This document shows positions 1 to 9,545 of a stretch of DNA of 64,000 bases, in pieces. Origin of the DNA: a virus. The stretch lies in the IMG/VR virus record IMGVR_UViG_3300036800_000073, positions 31,584 through 95,583 of that record; one strand, given 5' to 3'. How positions within the stretch are numbered: position 1 is the first letter of the stretch; each line of letters opens with the position of its first letter. The notes beneath the pieces were generated by a model. The model was given only the letters and a program-made list of their open reading frames with translations, was not told where the DNA came from and made no database searches. The position numbers and the translations under genes are program-made.

Positions 1-917
1 CGCAGGACTTTTGGATTGTCGGCGTCGGCTTTCTCGATGACCTGTTGGAGATCCGCGCGAAGCTCCTCGACATCCATCGGCGTGAGCATCGCCGCTTTCC
101 TCGTTTGCCCAACCTTGGGAGTTGCTGAGGCATCGAAAGTTGTCTTCTTATAAAAGTGGAAGCGGTCATAGATGCGAAGCCAGGATGGGGACCAGACGTA
201 GCCTTCGCCCTGCGCTAGACCGGGGAGCTGGCCCACAAGGGCGCGATCCGCGCCCGCCTCCTGTACCCACGCCTCAAGAGCCTTGCGCTCATGTGTTCCG
301 TTGACCTGGAGCACGAAGAGGCACTCCACTTGGGATAGAACCTCTTTGTTTATGCTCTGAGGACGCTGGGAAATCATAGTTGCGCCGATACCGTAATTAC
401 GGCCTAGGCGAATGATGTTCTCGAAAGCGCCCAGCATTCGCGCTTCGTCGGTCGCCACGCGCTGCGGCGCGAAGAGCTGCGCCTCTTCGACAAAGAGATG
501 AACGGCCGATTTTTGCGACTTCTTACGATGGAAGAATTCTTCGGCAAAGTCGGCGGCGAATCGCTTGCGCTCGCCTTGCCGGAAGCTGGAGATGTCGAGG
601 ATCACCGACACGGTCCTATCGACCAGGAGCCGCGCGATCTTCGCACCGGCGTCGGGAAGGATGGGAACGTCGCCATGATCGCCGCCAATGATGAACACGT
701 CCTTGCCTCGGCCCTTGCCGTCCTCGGCTACGCGGAGCCCATACCAGTTCCCTACCGGGTCGATCACGATGATTTGGGCGTGGTGATCGAGCATCTGCTC
801 GGCGAGCAGCCCGGCCAGATAGGTCTTTCCGCTACCCTTCCGCCCGATGCAGCCAAATGTTTGCGTCACCGCATCCACGGGCGGCGTGAGGTTTTTTGCG
901 AGCATCAGCTTGTCCAT
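1..917 (-). CDS. HerA/DUF87-like P-loop ATPase (3' end runs off the window; not in the ORF track)
   Basis: Manual translation from ATG 917: MDKLMLAKNL...Walker A GRKGSGKT, IIVIDPVGNW, Walker B HLFVEEAQLFAP, GRNYGIGATMISQRP, which are HerA/FtsK-family motifs. Confidence 0.8.
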   Translation of the reverse strand, partial: MDKLMLAKNLTPPVDAVTQTFGCIGRKGSGKTYLAGLLAEQMLDHHAQIIVIDPVGNWYGLRVAEDGKGRGKDVFIIGGDHGDVPILPDAGAKIARLLVDRTVSVILDISSFRQGERKRFAADFAEEFFHRKKSQKSAVHLFVEEAQLFAPQRVATDEARMLGAFENIIRLGRNYGIGATMISQRPQSINKEVLSQVECLFVLQVNGTHERKALEAWVQEAGADRALVGQLPGLAQGEGYVWSPSWLRIYDRFHFYKKTTFDASATPKVGQTRKAAMLTPMDVEELRADLQQVIEKADADNPKVL

Positions 918-922
918 AATCT

Positions 923-1483
923 TTATTGACCATCCCATCCGCGCACGGCGATCTCCATCGGTCCGCGATGCTCATGAAGCATCTCGCCGGTCGCCAGGAT
1001 TGGTTCGAGGCCGCAGAGTTGACGCTTGGCCTTGCGATCATGCAGCACAACGTTGATCGCCGCCGCTAGATTGAGGCAATGATGCGCTTGGATATGCACG
1101 AAGCGATGGCACAAGCGGCGGTAGACCTGGGGCACGCCTCCATCCTCCGGCCCAAATATATACAGGGCACGGTCTGGATGCGCGAACGTGGTCAGCGGCT
1201 CGGAGTTCTCCAGCAGCTCCACGCATACCGGGATCATGTCGCTGCGGAAGTGATCGAAGGGTCGCTCATGGTGCGACCAGCTTACGTCGCGGTAGCCTTT
1301 CATGCGTTCTTCGCGGGGCAAACGATCGAGAGGGCCCGGATCGACGCGGGCTCCGGTCCAGATCAGCCGGGATATGCCGAAGCAAGAGGCCGCGCGGATC
1401 GCCGCCGCGAGGTTGTGACTGTATTTCGGATTGATAAGGACCAGGCCAGGGCCGGCACTGATCTCAGCCTTGAGATTTTTCAT
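923..1483 (-). CDS. SPOUT (TrmH/SpoU-family) RNA methyltransferase
   Basis: NPKYSHNLAAAIRAASCFG, IFGPEDGGV and CLNLAAAINVVLHD match SpoU motifs 1-3. The start overlaps the upstream stop. Confidence 0.85.
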   Translation of the reverse strand: MKNLKAEISAGPGLVLINPKYSHNLAAAIRAASCFGISRLIWTGARVDPGPLDRLPREERMKGYRDVSWSHHERPFDHFRSDMIPVCVELLENSEPLTTFAHPDRALYIFGPEDGGVPQVYRRLCHRFVHIQAHHCLNLAAAINVVLHDRKAKRQLCGLEPILATGEMLHEHRGPMEIAVRGWDGQ

Positions 1484-1800
1484 GTTTTTACCTGCCATTT
1501 CGGATCGGTGAACCACTCCGATAACAGGAACGCCACCGCCGCCTCTTTGTGTTCGTGCTTCGGCTCAAAACTGCCCATGATGCAGCGGATGTGACGCAGT
1601 GCCTTAACCTTGTCTACACCGTCCTTAGGCGTCAATTCGAGAGAGGTTAGACCGTTAAAGAACCAGTCATTGAACAATTGATTCCAAGGTGACCCCGGAG
1701 TTCCCTTCGGTATCTGCTCCATCGGCGGCATCAGGTGCATAACCTTGGTTGGGAATACGAGGTCGACATCCGATATTTCATGAATTGGAAACACGATCAT
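1480..1800 (-). CDS. hypothetical phage protein
   Basis: Coupled ORF in the operon; SFEPKHEHKEAAVAFLLSEWF looks like a conserved phage-protein segment. Confidence 0.6.
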   Translation of the reverse strand: MIVFPIHEISDVDLVFPTKVMHLMPPMEQIPKGTPGSPWNQLFNDWFFNGLTSLELTPKDGVDKVKALRHIRCIMGSFEPKHEHKEAAVAFLLSEWFTDPKWQVKT

Positions 1801-1982
1801 CCTTTCCCGCCAGCGGTCGTTTCAGAAATTCAACATAGCGCAGCAAGGCGAATTGAACGATCCCATCGAGAGTGTCTATCTCATCGTTGCCGGCCAAATG
1901 CTCGGCAATACAAGTGAGAATCTGAGGGCCGTTGATATGCAGCCGCTCTCGATACGGTTTGAGTGGACGAGACTTCGGTGCT

Positions 1983-2324
1983 TTAGCGATCATGGGCAAC
2001 CTCGAACCTATCCGCGTCGTCACACCCTTTGCCGAACGCTTCTTCTCGCCGCAGTTTAATCTGCAACCGCCCCTCTTCTGCGCTGATGCCGCGCACAGAA
2101 ATGGTGTGAGGAAAGCACAAGCTCGACTGCAATAGACCGCATGACTTGTTGGGGCAACCCGGCCAGCGACAATCAGGCCACGCATCAAACGCCTCTCGCG
2201 TTGGCAATCCATCTGGACCACATTCAACCCACTCATGCTCCGGCTTAATCGTCACATTTCTCATTGCTTCCATCGCTCCACAACGGCAGCGTGTTTCTGG
2301 CCGACCAGCGCGCATGGTCATCAC
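1983..2324 (-). CDS. hypothetical Cys-rich protein
   Basis: ORF co-oriented with the operon; contains CRWPGC..SC..C. Confidence 0.4.
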   Translation of the reverse strand: MMTMRAGRPETRCRCGAMEAMRNVTIKPEHEWVECGPDGLPTREAFDAWPDCRWPGCPNKSCGLLQSSLCFPHTISVRGISAEEGRLQIKLRREEAFGKGCDDADRFEVAHDR

Positions 2325-2487
2325 AGCCTCTCATTCGGATGCCGCATAATGCGAACCATGACCGGTTTGTTGCACACCGGGCAGACGCGCTGCTCTTTAG
2401 CCTCGCGGCGCTCAGGCAAATGGTCGAGGAAGCGTGCGAACACATGGCCGCACAGCGGGCATTCCCTAGTCGTAACCACGGAGTCCA

Positions 2488-2925
2488 TCAGCTTCCTCGC
2501 ACTTTGCGCGGCAATACATCGGCGATGGCCTGTATCTGCTGTGCGGTCAGCCCAAACAGGCTGAGATTGTAAGTATTGTCGAGCCGGGAGAAATCAAACC
2601 CACGCCCGCCGAAGAATCCTCGCGGGCCGAACCGTTTGCGGAGCGCAGCCTCTTCCTTATCAAGCCGCGCTTCGCGAACTGCAGCCTTGGCTTGTTGGCG
2701 AGCAAACGTGGCAATCTCCTTGTCGGTTGCTATGCCGACGATGTGGCTGTATGAATTTCCGATCTCGTAGCCATTCTGCCGGTAGTAACGAGATGTTGGT
2801 TCGCGGGCGAGAAAGATTTGGGTCTTAGTGATCCGCCCGATTTCGGCGTGACGCTTGAGTTGCACGCCTAATCTCTTAAACTCAATCCACACCTTATCGC
2901 CGGGTTTGATCGCCTCGAAGTTCAT
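2488..2925 (-). CDS. hypothetical protein
   Basis: Start overlaps the stop of 2922..3137. Confidence 0.6.
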   Translation of the reverse strand: MNFEAIKPGDKVWIEFKRLGVQLKRHAEIGRITKTQIFLAREPTSRYYRQNGYEIGNSYSHIVGIATDKEIATFARQQAKAAVREARLDKEEAALRKRFGPRGFFGGRGFDFSRLDNTYNLSLFGLTAQQIQAIADVLPRKVRGS

Positions 2926-3137
2926 TTCTTAGCTGCTTTCGTTTTTGCCCAGCGCCGTCTCGCCGCGTCCCCGATGGCTTTGCGGCCTGCCGCGCTGAGA
3001 CGATGGTGTTTCTTTGGTATATCTTGGCTGGAAGCCTGGCCGAGATATGCGCGGAGGCCGGTGGCCACGGTTTGAAGTTGGACGATCTTTCCTTCGACCG
3101 CCGCCAATGCTCCCGCTATCGAGCCGTGCTGTTTCAT
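2922..3137 (-). CDS. small basic putative DNA-binding protein
   Basis: GGAG RBS; C-terminal LSAAGRKAIGDAARRRWAKTK basic helix. Confidence 0.6.
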   Translation of the reverse strand: MKQHGSIAGALAAVEGKIVQLQTVATGLRAYLGQASSQDIPKKHHRLSAAGRKAIGDAARRRWAKTKAAKK

Positions 3138-3149
3138 TCAGTGCTCCTT

Positions 3150-3590
3150 TTAGGATTTGGCTTTGAGGATTGATAATGCCGTGGTATAACGGACGATTCG
3201 CTCGGCGTTCTCCATTGGCAAGGTCTGTGGTCGCATGGGGTCGAGGTTGTCTTGGAGATCGGCGATCTTCACCAGTCTGGCAGCAGCGTTGGTCGCAAGG
3301 CGAGGCAAATAGCTTTGCAGATAACTCTCGTTCTCGCGCCGGGTGAGCGCGTCCACTGCGGCGGCGATGGTGTCGCCGAATTCGGACGCTATATCCTCGA
3401 CGGTGATTGTGCTGTCTTCCACTACATCGTGCAGCAGGGCGATGGCGAATAACTCATCGTTGGCAACGCTCGGCTCACGGGCTATAACGCGCATGGCCAC
3501 GCGCAGGACATGGAGGATGTAGGGACGGCCGGCTTTATCAGTTTGGTCGGCATGAGCGTGGACGGCCATCTCCAATGCTTGTTCGATCAT
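3150..3590 (-). CDS. HD-domain small alarmone hydrolase (SpoT-HD/Mesh1-like)
   Basis: AH..Q.DKAGRPYILH, ALLHDVVED and VKIADLQDN match RelA/SpoT hydrolase motifs. Confidence 0.85.
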   Translation of the reverse strand: MIEQALEMAVHAHADQTDKAGRPYILHVLRVAMRVIAREPSVANDELFAIALLHDVVEDSTITVEDIASEFGDTIAAAVDALTRRENESYLQSYLPRLATNAAARLVKIADLQDNLDPMRPQTLPMENAERIVRYTTALSILKAKS

Positions 3591-4066
3591 GTTGTCTCTC
3601 TTGTGGCTTCGTGCTCCTGCTCCCAGCGTTGGGCGGTGTCGAGGTTTGTTTGTAGAGCATTGAGCAGGCTGGTAGCTTCCGCCTTGGTCATAATGATTGG
3701 GAGTCGCTGCCCGTGAATCGTCTCCCGGAATGTGAGGCAGATGATTGGAGCAGCTTCGCCGCGCTGCTCCGCGCTTACCGTGGCTCTGGCCTGGATGTAC
3801 TGTTCGGTTCGGTTGCTGCGAAACTTAGACCACATTCTCATGCGGTTTCGGCCTCCCCGGTCCGGATAGATGACCTTATAGCGCATGTGGCCGTTGCGCA
3901 CGATCTCGAATTTGCGCCCGTCGCTGAATCCTTTGCGCAGCGAACGATAGATCACCCCGGTCTTGATTCCGAGCTGGCGCGATGCCGCCAGCTTCGAGCC
4001 GGTATTGTCGATAGCGTCGAGGATCGCGGCGAGCATGATGTCACTCAGCAGTGCGGCGGGTTTCAT
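3587..4066 (-). CDS. hypothetical protein with N-terminal Fis-like HTH
   Basis: AIDNTGSKLAASRQLGIKTGVIYRSL resembles an HTH; coupled ORF. Confidence 0.5.
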   Translation of the reverse strand: MKPAALLSDIMLAAILDAIDNTGSKLAASRQLGIKTGVIYRSLRKGFSDGRKFEIVRNGHMRYKVIYPDRGGRNRMRMWSKFRSNRTEQYIQARATVSAEQRGEAAPIICLTFRETIHGQRLPIIMTKAEATSLLNALQTNLDTAQRWEQEHEATRETT

Positions 4067-4274
4067 ATCTCACCTTCTTTGCCAGTTTGCGGACCTCGGC
4101 CTCCGTCAATGTAAACACCGCTTCTACTTTTTGGCCATAGATTCTGATGGAAGAAGGCCGGAACGAAACCGGGGGAGACGGTCGCGATGTGATGGAACCC
4201 CGGCAGTCGCGTGGGCTCAGATCCAAGCACCACGCGATCTCCGGCTTTGAGTTTCAGTCTCTCCATGGGTTTCC

Positions 4275-5210
4275 TCAGCGGCCTTTCTTAGGAGCCTTGG
4301 GAGCCGGAACGAGCTTACGGTAGGCCCGGAGTGAGGAGAGGAGCGACTTTTCTGCCTTGTCGGTTGCATCCTCGGTCCAGACTTCAATCGCCAGTGCCAT
4401 CGTCTCGGCAGCAGCCAGCGCCACGTCGGTTGCCTGTTTCTTGGCGGCGGCAGGACCAGGTTCTTTGGGGCGCTTGACTTCCTTCTTCCCAGCCGCCTTC
4501 GCCTTGGCTGCGGCCTCGCGCAACTTCGTTGGAGCTTCACTGCGGCTTTTGCGGACTTCCTGAATCGCGGTCGCCGGGGAAACCTTGATGCCCTCGATGC
4601 CGTGCTTCACGATTTCCTTGACTTCGAGTGGAGCCTGGTGGAGTTCGACCGCATCCTTCGTGTAGCGTACCGCGGTCTTGAGATTGCGCTGTTCCTCGGG
4701 GCTGCGTGGCGCTGCCGGTTCATCGTCCTCGGCCTCGGTAGGACCAGGACCAGAGGTTGGCGGAGCGAAGCCCAGGTGTGGCGCGATGTGCGCGGCTACC
4801 TTTTCAATCGGCCAGCCAAAAGCCATGAGGCGCTGAGCCACGCCGCCGAGTTCCAGTTGGCTGAGCGGGAGCCCATTGTTCGCGATCAGGCTTTTGGCCA
4901 GTATCGCCTTCTCGTCGCCGGTGTAGCTGATCGCGGGAACGTATACCTTGACGCCTTCGTCCCATAACTGACGGCAAGCGAGGAGGCGGCACTCGCCGTC
5001 GATCAGAAAGAGTTTGTCGCCGTCGTTCTCGACGAAGATAGGCTCGTCGACGCCACGGGATGCGATGGATGTCTTGAGCCAAGCGATGTGTGCTTTGGCC
5101 TCAGGTGTGGTCGTGTCGCGCGGATTGAAGCTGGGTTTGATGGTGATCTTGCGGGGGTCGATTCCATACGCCTCCCACATCTTGCTGCCCTGTTCCCTCA
5201 GTCTCGCCAT
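4275..5210 (-). CDS. ParB/Srx N-terminal domain protein
   Basis: FNPR, SIASRGVDEPIFV, LIDGECRLLA, then a helical/HTH region. Confidence 0.75.
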   Translation of the reverse strand: MARLREQGSKMWEAYGIDPRKITIKPSFNPRDTTTPEAKAHIAWLKTSIASRGVDEPIFVENDGDKLFLIDGECRLLACRQLWDEGVKVYVPAISYTGDEKAILAKSLIANNGLPLSQLELGGVAQRLMAFGWPIEKVAAHIAPHLGFAPPTSGPGPTEAEDDEPAAPRSPEEQRNLKTAVRYTKDAVELHQAPLEVKEIVKHGIEGIKVSPATAIQEVRKSRSEAPTKLREAAAKAKAAGKKEVKRPKEPGPAAAKKQATDVALAAAETMALAIEVWTEDATDKAEKSLLSSLRAYRKLVPAPKAPKKGR

Positions 5211-5234
5211 AATGATTATCTTCCTCTGTATTAA

Positions 5235-5264
5235 ATAATACTACCTCACAATGATGTATGTCAA
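5235..5264 (-). promoter_or_regulatory. sigma70-type promoter for the leftward early operon
   Basis: Minus strand TTGACA-18 bp-TATTAT, upstream of a GAGGA RBS and ATG 5210. Confidence 0.6.
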
Positions 5265-5292
5265 TATCGGTTATTGCATTTTGGTTTAGATC

Positions 5293-5610
5293 GTGATCGA
5301 ATACATCGAATATGGGAATCAAACTAGACAACAGCCGCTTGTCAATCTGGTCCGTGTAGATGTTAGATTTGACGACATGACCCGCGTGTCTATTTGGAGG
5401 ATCGTGGAAGAGGGCGACCCCACCCCGGCGTGGACCGGGCATGTCCCGTATGAATGCCCCAACTGCGGCACGGAATCCCAACTGCCGATCAGTGGCCGGT
5501 TGCTGGCGCAGTTAGGCAGTGGCAGTTTTGTTTTCGGGAGAGGGCAGATGGGGATTCCAAAAACGATTGAATGTCGCTATTGCCGGAAACGGTATGGGAG
5601 AGGCGACTGA
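5293..5610 (+). CDS. zinc-ribbon hypothetical protein
   Basis: CPNC...CRYC; stop overlaps the rep start. Confidence 0.5.
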   Translation: MIEYIEYGNQTRQQPLVNLVRVDVRFDDMTRVSIWRIVEEGDPTPAWTGHVPYECPNCGTESQLPISGRLLAQLGSGSFVFGRGQMGIPKTIECRYCRKRYGRGD

Positions 5611-6881
5611 TGGGATACGGGAAATTCTTTTCCTCGACCTTCACCGGCTCCATGTATGGGGCGAGCACGGATGTGTTCGCGGTGTGGGGATACATCATCG
5701 CCAACACGGTAGACTCCACTGTGGAGCTGAATCCGAAGTCCCTGGCCAACATTTTTTCGGCAACCGAGCAGCGGATGCAGATCGCTATCGATTACCTCTG
5801 CGAACCCGATCCGCGTAGCCGCATCTCCGACAATGAAGGTAGGCGGCTGATCCGTGAAGGCGAATATCAGTATCATGTCGTCACTCATCAGCACTACCGC
5901 GCTATCCGAAACGAGGATGACCGGCGCGAGTACAACCGCCTGAAAATGCAGGAGTCGAGGGCGCGCAGGAGTAAGAAAATAGATGAGATAACGAAAGATA
6001 AAGAGAAATCAGACAAGCCAAAAAAAAAAGCTGATCCTGTCCCGTCAAAGCCTGTTACCGATGATTGTCAATCACAGTCAATGACGGTGATTGACAATCA
6101 ATCACAGTTACCAATGTCAATAGTGTGTGCCCAACCAGAAGCAGAGACAGAAGCATACACAGAAACACACGCACCGACCGGCCGGCCGGAACCGGTGAAA
6201 CCTTATCAGTCAATCACTGTCATTGACGGTCAATCACTGTCAATCACTGTCATTGACGGTCAATCACTGTCAATCACTGTCATTGACATGGTGTTAGAAG
6301 CACTGGCTTCCCTCGATGGAACCCGGCAGGATGCACAACAAATCATGAAAGACTGTCGCGAAGCCAAACGGAAAGGCGGCGGGCAGGAGTTGGAGATAGA
6401 AGAAGTTCTGTACCTGGTGGAGAAATATGTCGCCCATGCCCGTGATCCGAAGCAAGGCATCCAGAAGCCGATGGGGTATGTGATCACCATGGTTCCCCGC
6501 GCCATCGGAGGACGAGGATATCTGTTCGCCAAGGAAGCGAATCGCCGCGCTCAAGAGCAGCGAGACATGCAGGGCGATCAGGAGCGGATCGAAGCCGATT
6601 GGCGGGATCGCAGCCCTATTGCCCAGGTGCTCGCCGATACGATCTGGCATGGCGTGTTGAATGAGTTGCGCAAAATTATAATTCGGCAATCGTTCGAAAC
6701 TTGGATCAAGCCAACCCAAGCCTGCGATGTCCTTGATCAGATCCTCTACATCCGCGTTCCCTCCCCTGAATTCCGGCAAATCGGGGAAATGTTCAGCGAA
6801 CAGATACAGGCCGTGGTCTCCGCTCTGCGTCCGCGCATCGAAAGCGTGCGCTTCGTTGTCACCGCTACGGAGGTCCCATGA
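5610..6881 (+). CDS. phage replication initiator with C-terminal DnaA N-terminal domain (domain I)
   Basis: N-terminal phage-initiator-like region, RREYNRLKMQESRAR linker, internal iterons, and C-terminal W..VL..L...I.RQSFETWIKP...LYIRVPS.EF. Confidence 0.75.
   Translation: MGYGKFFSSTFTGSMYGASTDVFAVWGYIIANTVDSTVELNPKSLANIFSATEQRMQIAIDYLCEPDPRSRISDNEGRRLIREGEYQYHVVTHQHYRAIRNEDDRREYNRLKMQESRARRSKKIDEITKDKEKSDKPKKKADPVPSKPVTDDCQSQSMTVIDNQSQLPMSIVCAQPEAETEAYTETHAPTGRPEPVKPYQSITVIDGQSLSITVIDGQSLSITVIDMVLEALASLDGTRQDAQQIMKDCREAKRKGGGQELEIEEVLYLVEKYVAHARDPKQGIQKPMGYVITMVPRAIGGRGYLFAKEANRRAQEQRDMQGDQERIEADWRDRSPIAQVLADTIWHGVLNELRKIIIRQSFETWIKPTQACDVLDQILYIRVPSPEFRQIGEMFSEQIQAVVSALRPRIESVRFVVTATEVP
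6067..6287. repeat. iteron array / putative replication origin inside the initiator gene
   Basis: 30-bp tandem CAATCACTGTCATTGACGGTCAATCACTGT about 2.6 times (6211-6287), plus an inverted copy GTCAATGACGGTGATTGAC (6077-6095). Confidence 0.75.
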
Positions 6882-7501
6882 AAATCCGGCCAATAATCTT
6901 TACCAATCATGTGCCGGAGATTCCGGCTGGCAGCAAGACGCAAACGCGGCGCGTGATCGTGCCGCAACCGCTCCATTGGAGCGATGTGAAGCGCGAGCCA
7001 TATTCTCGCGATGACCAGCTGGGAATCTGGAGCCCACTGTCGGACAATTCAGAGAATCGTAAGTGCCGATATGGAGTCGTCGGTGACCGCCTGTGGGTCA
7101 AAGAAGCGTATCGCGGGCGGGCCTTCCAAGGCCAACCAATGAGGTATACCTATCGCGCCGACTTCCCTGCCGATAATCCCGCGCAACGCTGGGAGTGGTG
7201 GAATGCCATGTTCATGCCTCGCGAGGCCAGCCGGCTCGTGCTGGAAATTACCGAGCTTCGCGCCCAGCGCCTACAGGAGATCAGCGAAGAGGACGCCCGA
7301 GCAGAAGGTATTGTGGAACCGCAGCCAGCGCACGGTGCCTGGTGCGATCCGGCCAAGGGCCGCGAGGGTCACTGGAGTTATCGCAAGCCGTTCTGTGGAT
7401 TGTGGGACTCGATCAACGCTAAGCGCGCCCCGAAAGGTGCATTCGCTTGGGACAACAATCCGTGGGTTTGGGCTATTACGTTCCGGCTGGTGCTGCAATG
7501 A
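6878..7501 (+). CDS. ASCH/PUA-like phage protein
   Basis: KTQTRR, GDRLWVKE, FMPREASRLVLEIT..R.QRLQEISEEDARAEG, NPWVW. Confidence 0.75.
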   Translation: MKIRPIIFTNHVPEIPAGSKTQTRRVIVPQPLHWSDVKREPYSRDDQLGIWSPLSDNSENRKCRYGVVGDRLWVKEAYRGRAFQGQPMRYTYRADFPADNPAQRWEWWNAMFMPREASRLVLEITELRAQRLQEISEEDARAEGIVEPQPAHGAWCDPAKGREGHWSYRKPFCGLWDSINAKRAPKGAFAWDNNPWVWAITFRLVLQ

Positions 7502-7755
7502 TGACCGCCGCAATGACGACCATCCCCGAGTTATTCCTGTCGCTGTGGGCCATCTATGATCATCCCTCAGACTACCCGGACAAGTACGTGATGCGGCGCT
7601 GGAATTTGTACCGAGGCGATGACACGTCCTATGCCACCGAGGAGATGGCGCTGGCGGATACACTGCATGGAATCCGCTGCAAGGTTCCACCTGGGCTCGC
7701 TTGCCTGCCGCGTTTCGTCGGTGACGATCCATCTATCGTGGAGGTCTGGATATGA
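7498..7755 (+). CDS. hypothetical protein
   Basis: Coupled ORF; WAIYDHPSDYPDKYVMRRW...DDPSIVEVWI. Confidence 0.6.
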   Translation: MMTAAMTTIPELFLSLWAIYDHPSDYPDKYVMRRWNLYRGDDTSYATEEMALADTLHGIRCKVPPGLACLPRFVGDDPSIVEVWI

Positions 7756-8135
7756 CGCCCGGCGAGGTTTGTCTCATCTTCGATACGACGGAGCTTAGTT
7801 CGGATATTGCGCGCATCCTGATTGGGGAGTTGTCACTCCCTATCGTTTCAGCCATTCGATTGAAATGCGGCGATTTTGAGTATGATGAAATCATTTATCT
7901 TGAGGATGAACATGAATGATCTTCCTCTTCCCACCAATTGTGAGTTATGTAAAACCGGCGAGCAGATTGGCGAGACACCGGCGACACACTCTCATGAGGC
8001 GTTGTTTCTCCTTGCCCGTTGCCATGCCAGCGCCGCGACCAAGGCCGTACTTGCTGGCGATGTTCTGACCATCCAATGCGCCCGATGTGGAAAGATCGTC
8101 GTGCGGCTCCGAGTGACCGGTATAGTGCCGAACAA

Positions 8136-8582
8136 ATGAAAATCACCAAAGGCCAACGCGAGGCACTGCGAGGAATGTTCGGAGGCAAGTGCGCCTACTG
8201 CGGCTGCGAGCTGCCAGCAAATGGCTGGCACGCGGATCATGTCAAGCCGGTGCTCTATGGCTCGAAGTGGCGTAAAGCTAGCTATGACGGAACCCGCTAT
8301 ATTCCTTCGGGATTCGTGAACGATGGAACGGTACTGCGGCCGGAGAACGACACCATTGAGAATATGTTTCCCGCCTGCCGAGCGTGCAACATCAACAAGT
8401 CGGGGATGCCCCTGGAGATGTGGCGCGAGTTCTTGACCGAGGGACCCGTATCGTTGGCATCGTACAACGGGCGCTTCAGGCACATGCTGCGATTCGGAAT
8501 CGTGACCGTGAACCCACAGCCGTTCACATTCTGGTTTGAGCGATATAACTGTGAAGCGCAGGATGGTCCGCGCAGTGTCTAG
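8136..8582 (+). CDS. HNH endonuclease
   Basis: FGGKCAYCG...WHADHVKP...NMFPACRACNINK. Confidence 0.85.
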   Translation: MKITKGQREALRGMFGGKCAYCGCELPANGWHADHVKPVLYGSKWRKASYDGTRYIPSGFVNDGTVLRPENDTIENMFPACRACNINKSGMPLEMWREFLTEGPVSLASYNGRFRHMLRFGIVTVNPQPFTFWFERYNCEAQDGPRSV

Positions 8583-8676
8583 CCTGCGGAGTTTGCAAAT
8601 ACCTCATTCTCTTAGAGATCGCAAGTTACCTGCAGAACAGCCGTTGTTCAGATGGAAAAATGTGGAAATGAGTTGC

Positions 8677-8705
8677 TTGCATCCGGACGATTCTATGTAT
8701 AGAGT
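8677..8705 (+). promoter_or_regulatory. sigma70-type promoter
   Basis: TTGCAT-17 bp-TAGAGT in an AT-richer intergenic gap. Confidence 0.45.
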
Positions 8706-8951
8706 AAACACGTCGAACCAATAGACTGAAATCGGCTAACACCATTTCCCGCAAGGGACGAAGTAGGCCGACCAGACCGCGATAGGGTCTCGCCAGAACA
8801 ACAAGCATACTCAGGCTGCGCGTGTCGAGTGGAAATGCTGTGGGAAAGTCTGGCTATAAACTTACCAAAGTCAACTATTTAGATGGTCACGTTGCGCTGT
8901 GGAAATTTAGCGCGACCCAACCGACTTGCAGGAACATCACCGCCTGCGGCG

Positions 8952-9314
8952 ATGATGCTTCCCGCTCCACAAAAGGCCCAGATTCACCAAAGTGGAGCTG
9001 CCGTGCCATTTCAGGTGCAAGTACAACTGCACGACAAAACTGTGTCGCGCTGGATTTCGCAGCAGGATGCAGACGCGCGGGTGGCCAGGGGCGAGGCCGT
9101 GCGCGTGTCGCGCAAAGCCCACCAGCCATTCAAGATCATCCGGCTTTGCAAGCCCGTGGAACCTTCCGATTCTCCCAACAGTCCAGCGTCGATCACCGAG
9201 GGTGAAATGCACATCAATGCGCGAGCGATTGAATGCTCCGAGGTTCATCTCGCGGAAGTCCAGGAAAAAGTGCTTGCGTTCGAGCCTCTGATGCTTGAGG
9301 TCGTGCTGGCGTGA
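8952..9314 (+). CDS. hypothetical protein
   Basis: ORF coupled to 9311; start uncertain. Confidence 0.45.
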   Translation: MMLPAPQKAQIHQSGAAVPFQVQVQLHDKTVSRWISQQDADARVARGEAVRVSRKAHQPFKIIRLCKPVEPSDSPNSPASITEGEMHINARAIECSEVHLAEVQEKVLAFEPLMLEVVLA

Positions 9315-9545
9315 AGACGCGCGATCGGTCCAGCGGACAGTTCGTGACCTGTAAAGGATGCGAGACGACGCTGGCGATTCCCACGGCTATCCTGGGCCGA
9401 CCGATGCAAACCATTCTCTGGCTGGAGCGGCGCAGACGGGAGCACGCGGACTGCGCATCGTTCGCCACAGTGAAAGAGGCTCAAGCGGAGCGACGGTGGA
9501 AAATAGCAGTTCACTTTGCGCAGCGCCGGGCCGCTCGGCCCGGTG

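Noticed and set aside
6211-6287. Possible CRISPR array
   Set aside because: The repeats are tandem with no unique spacers, lie in frame in the initiator gene, and have no cas operon. Iterons explain them better.
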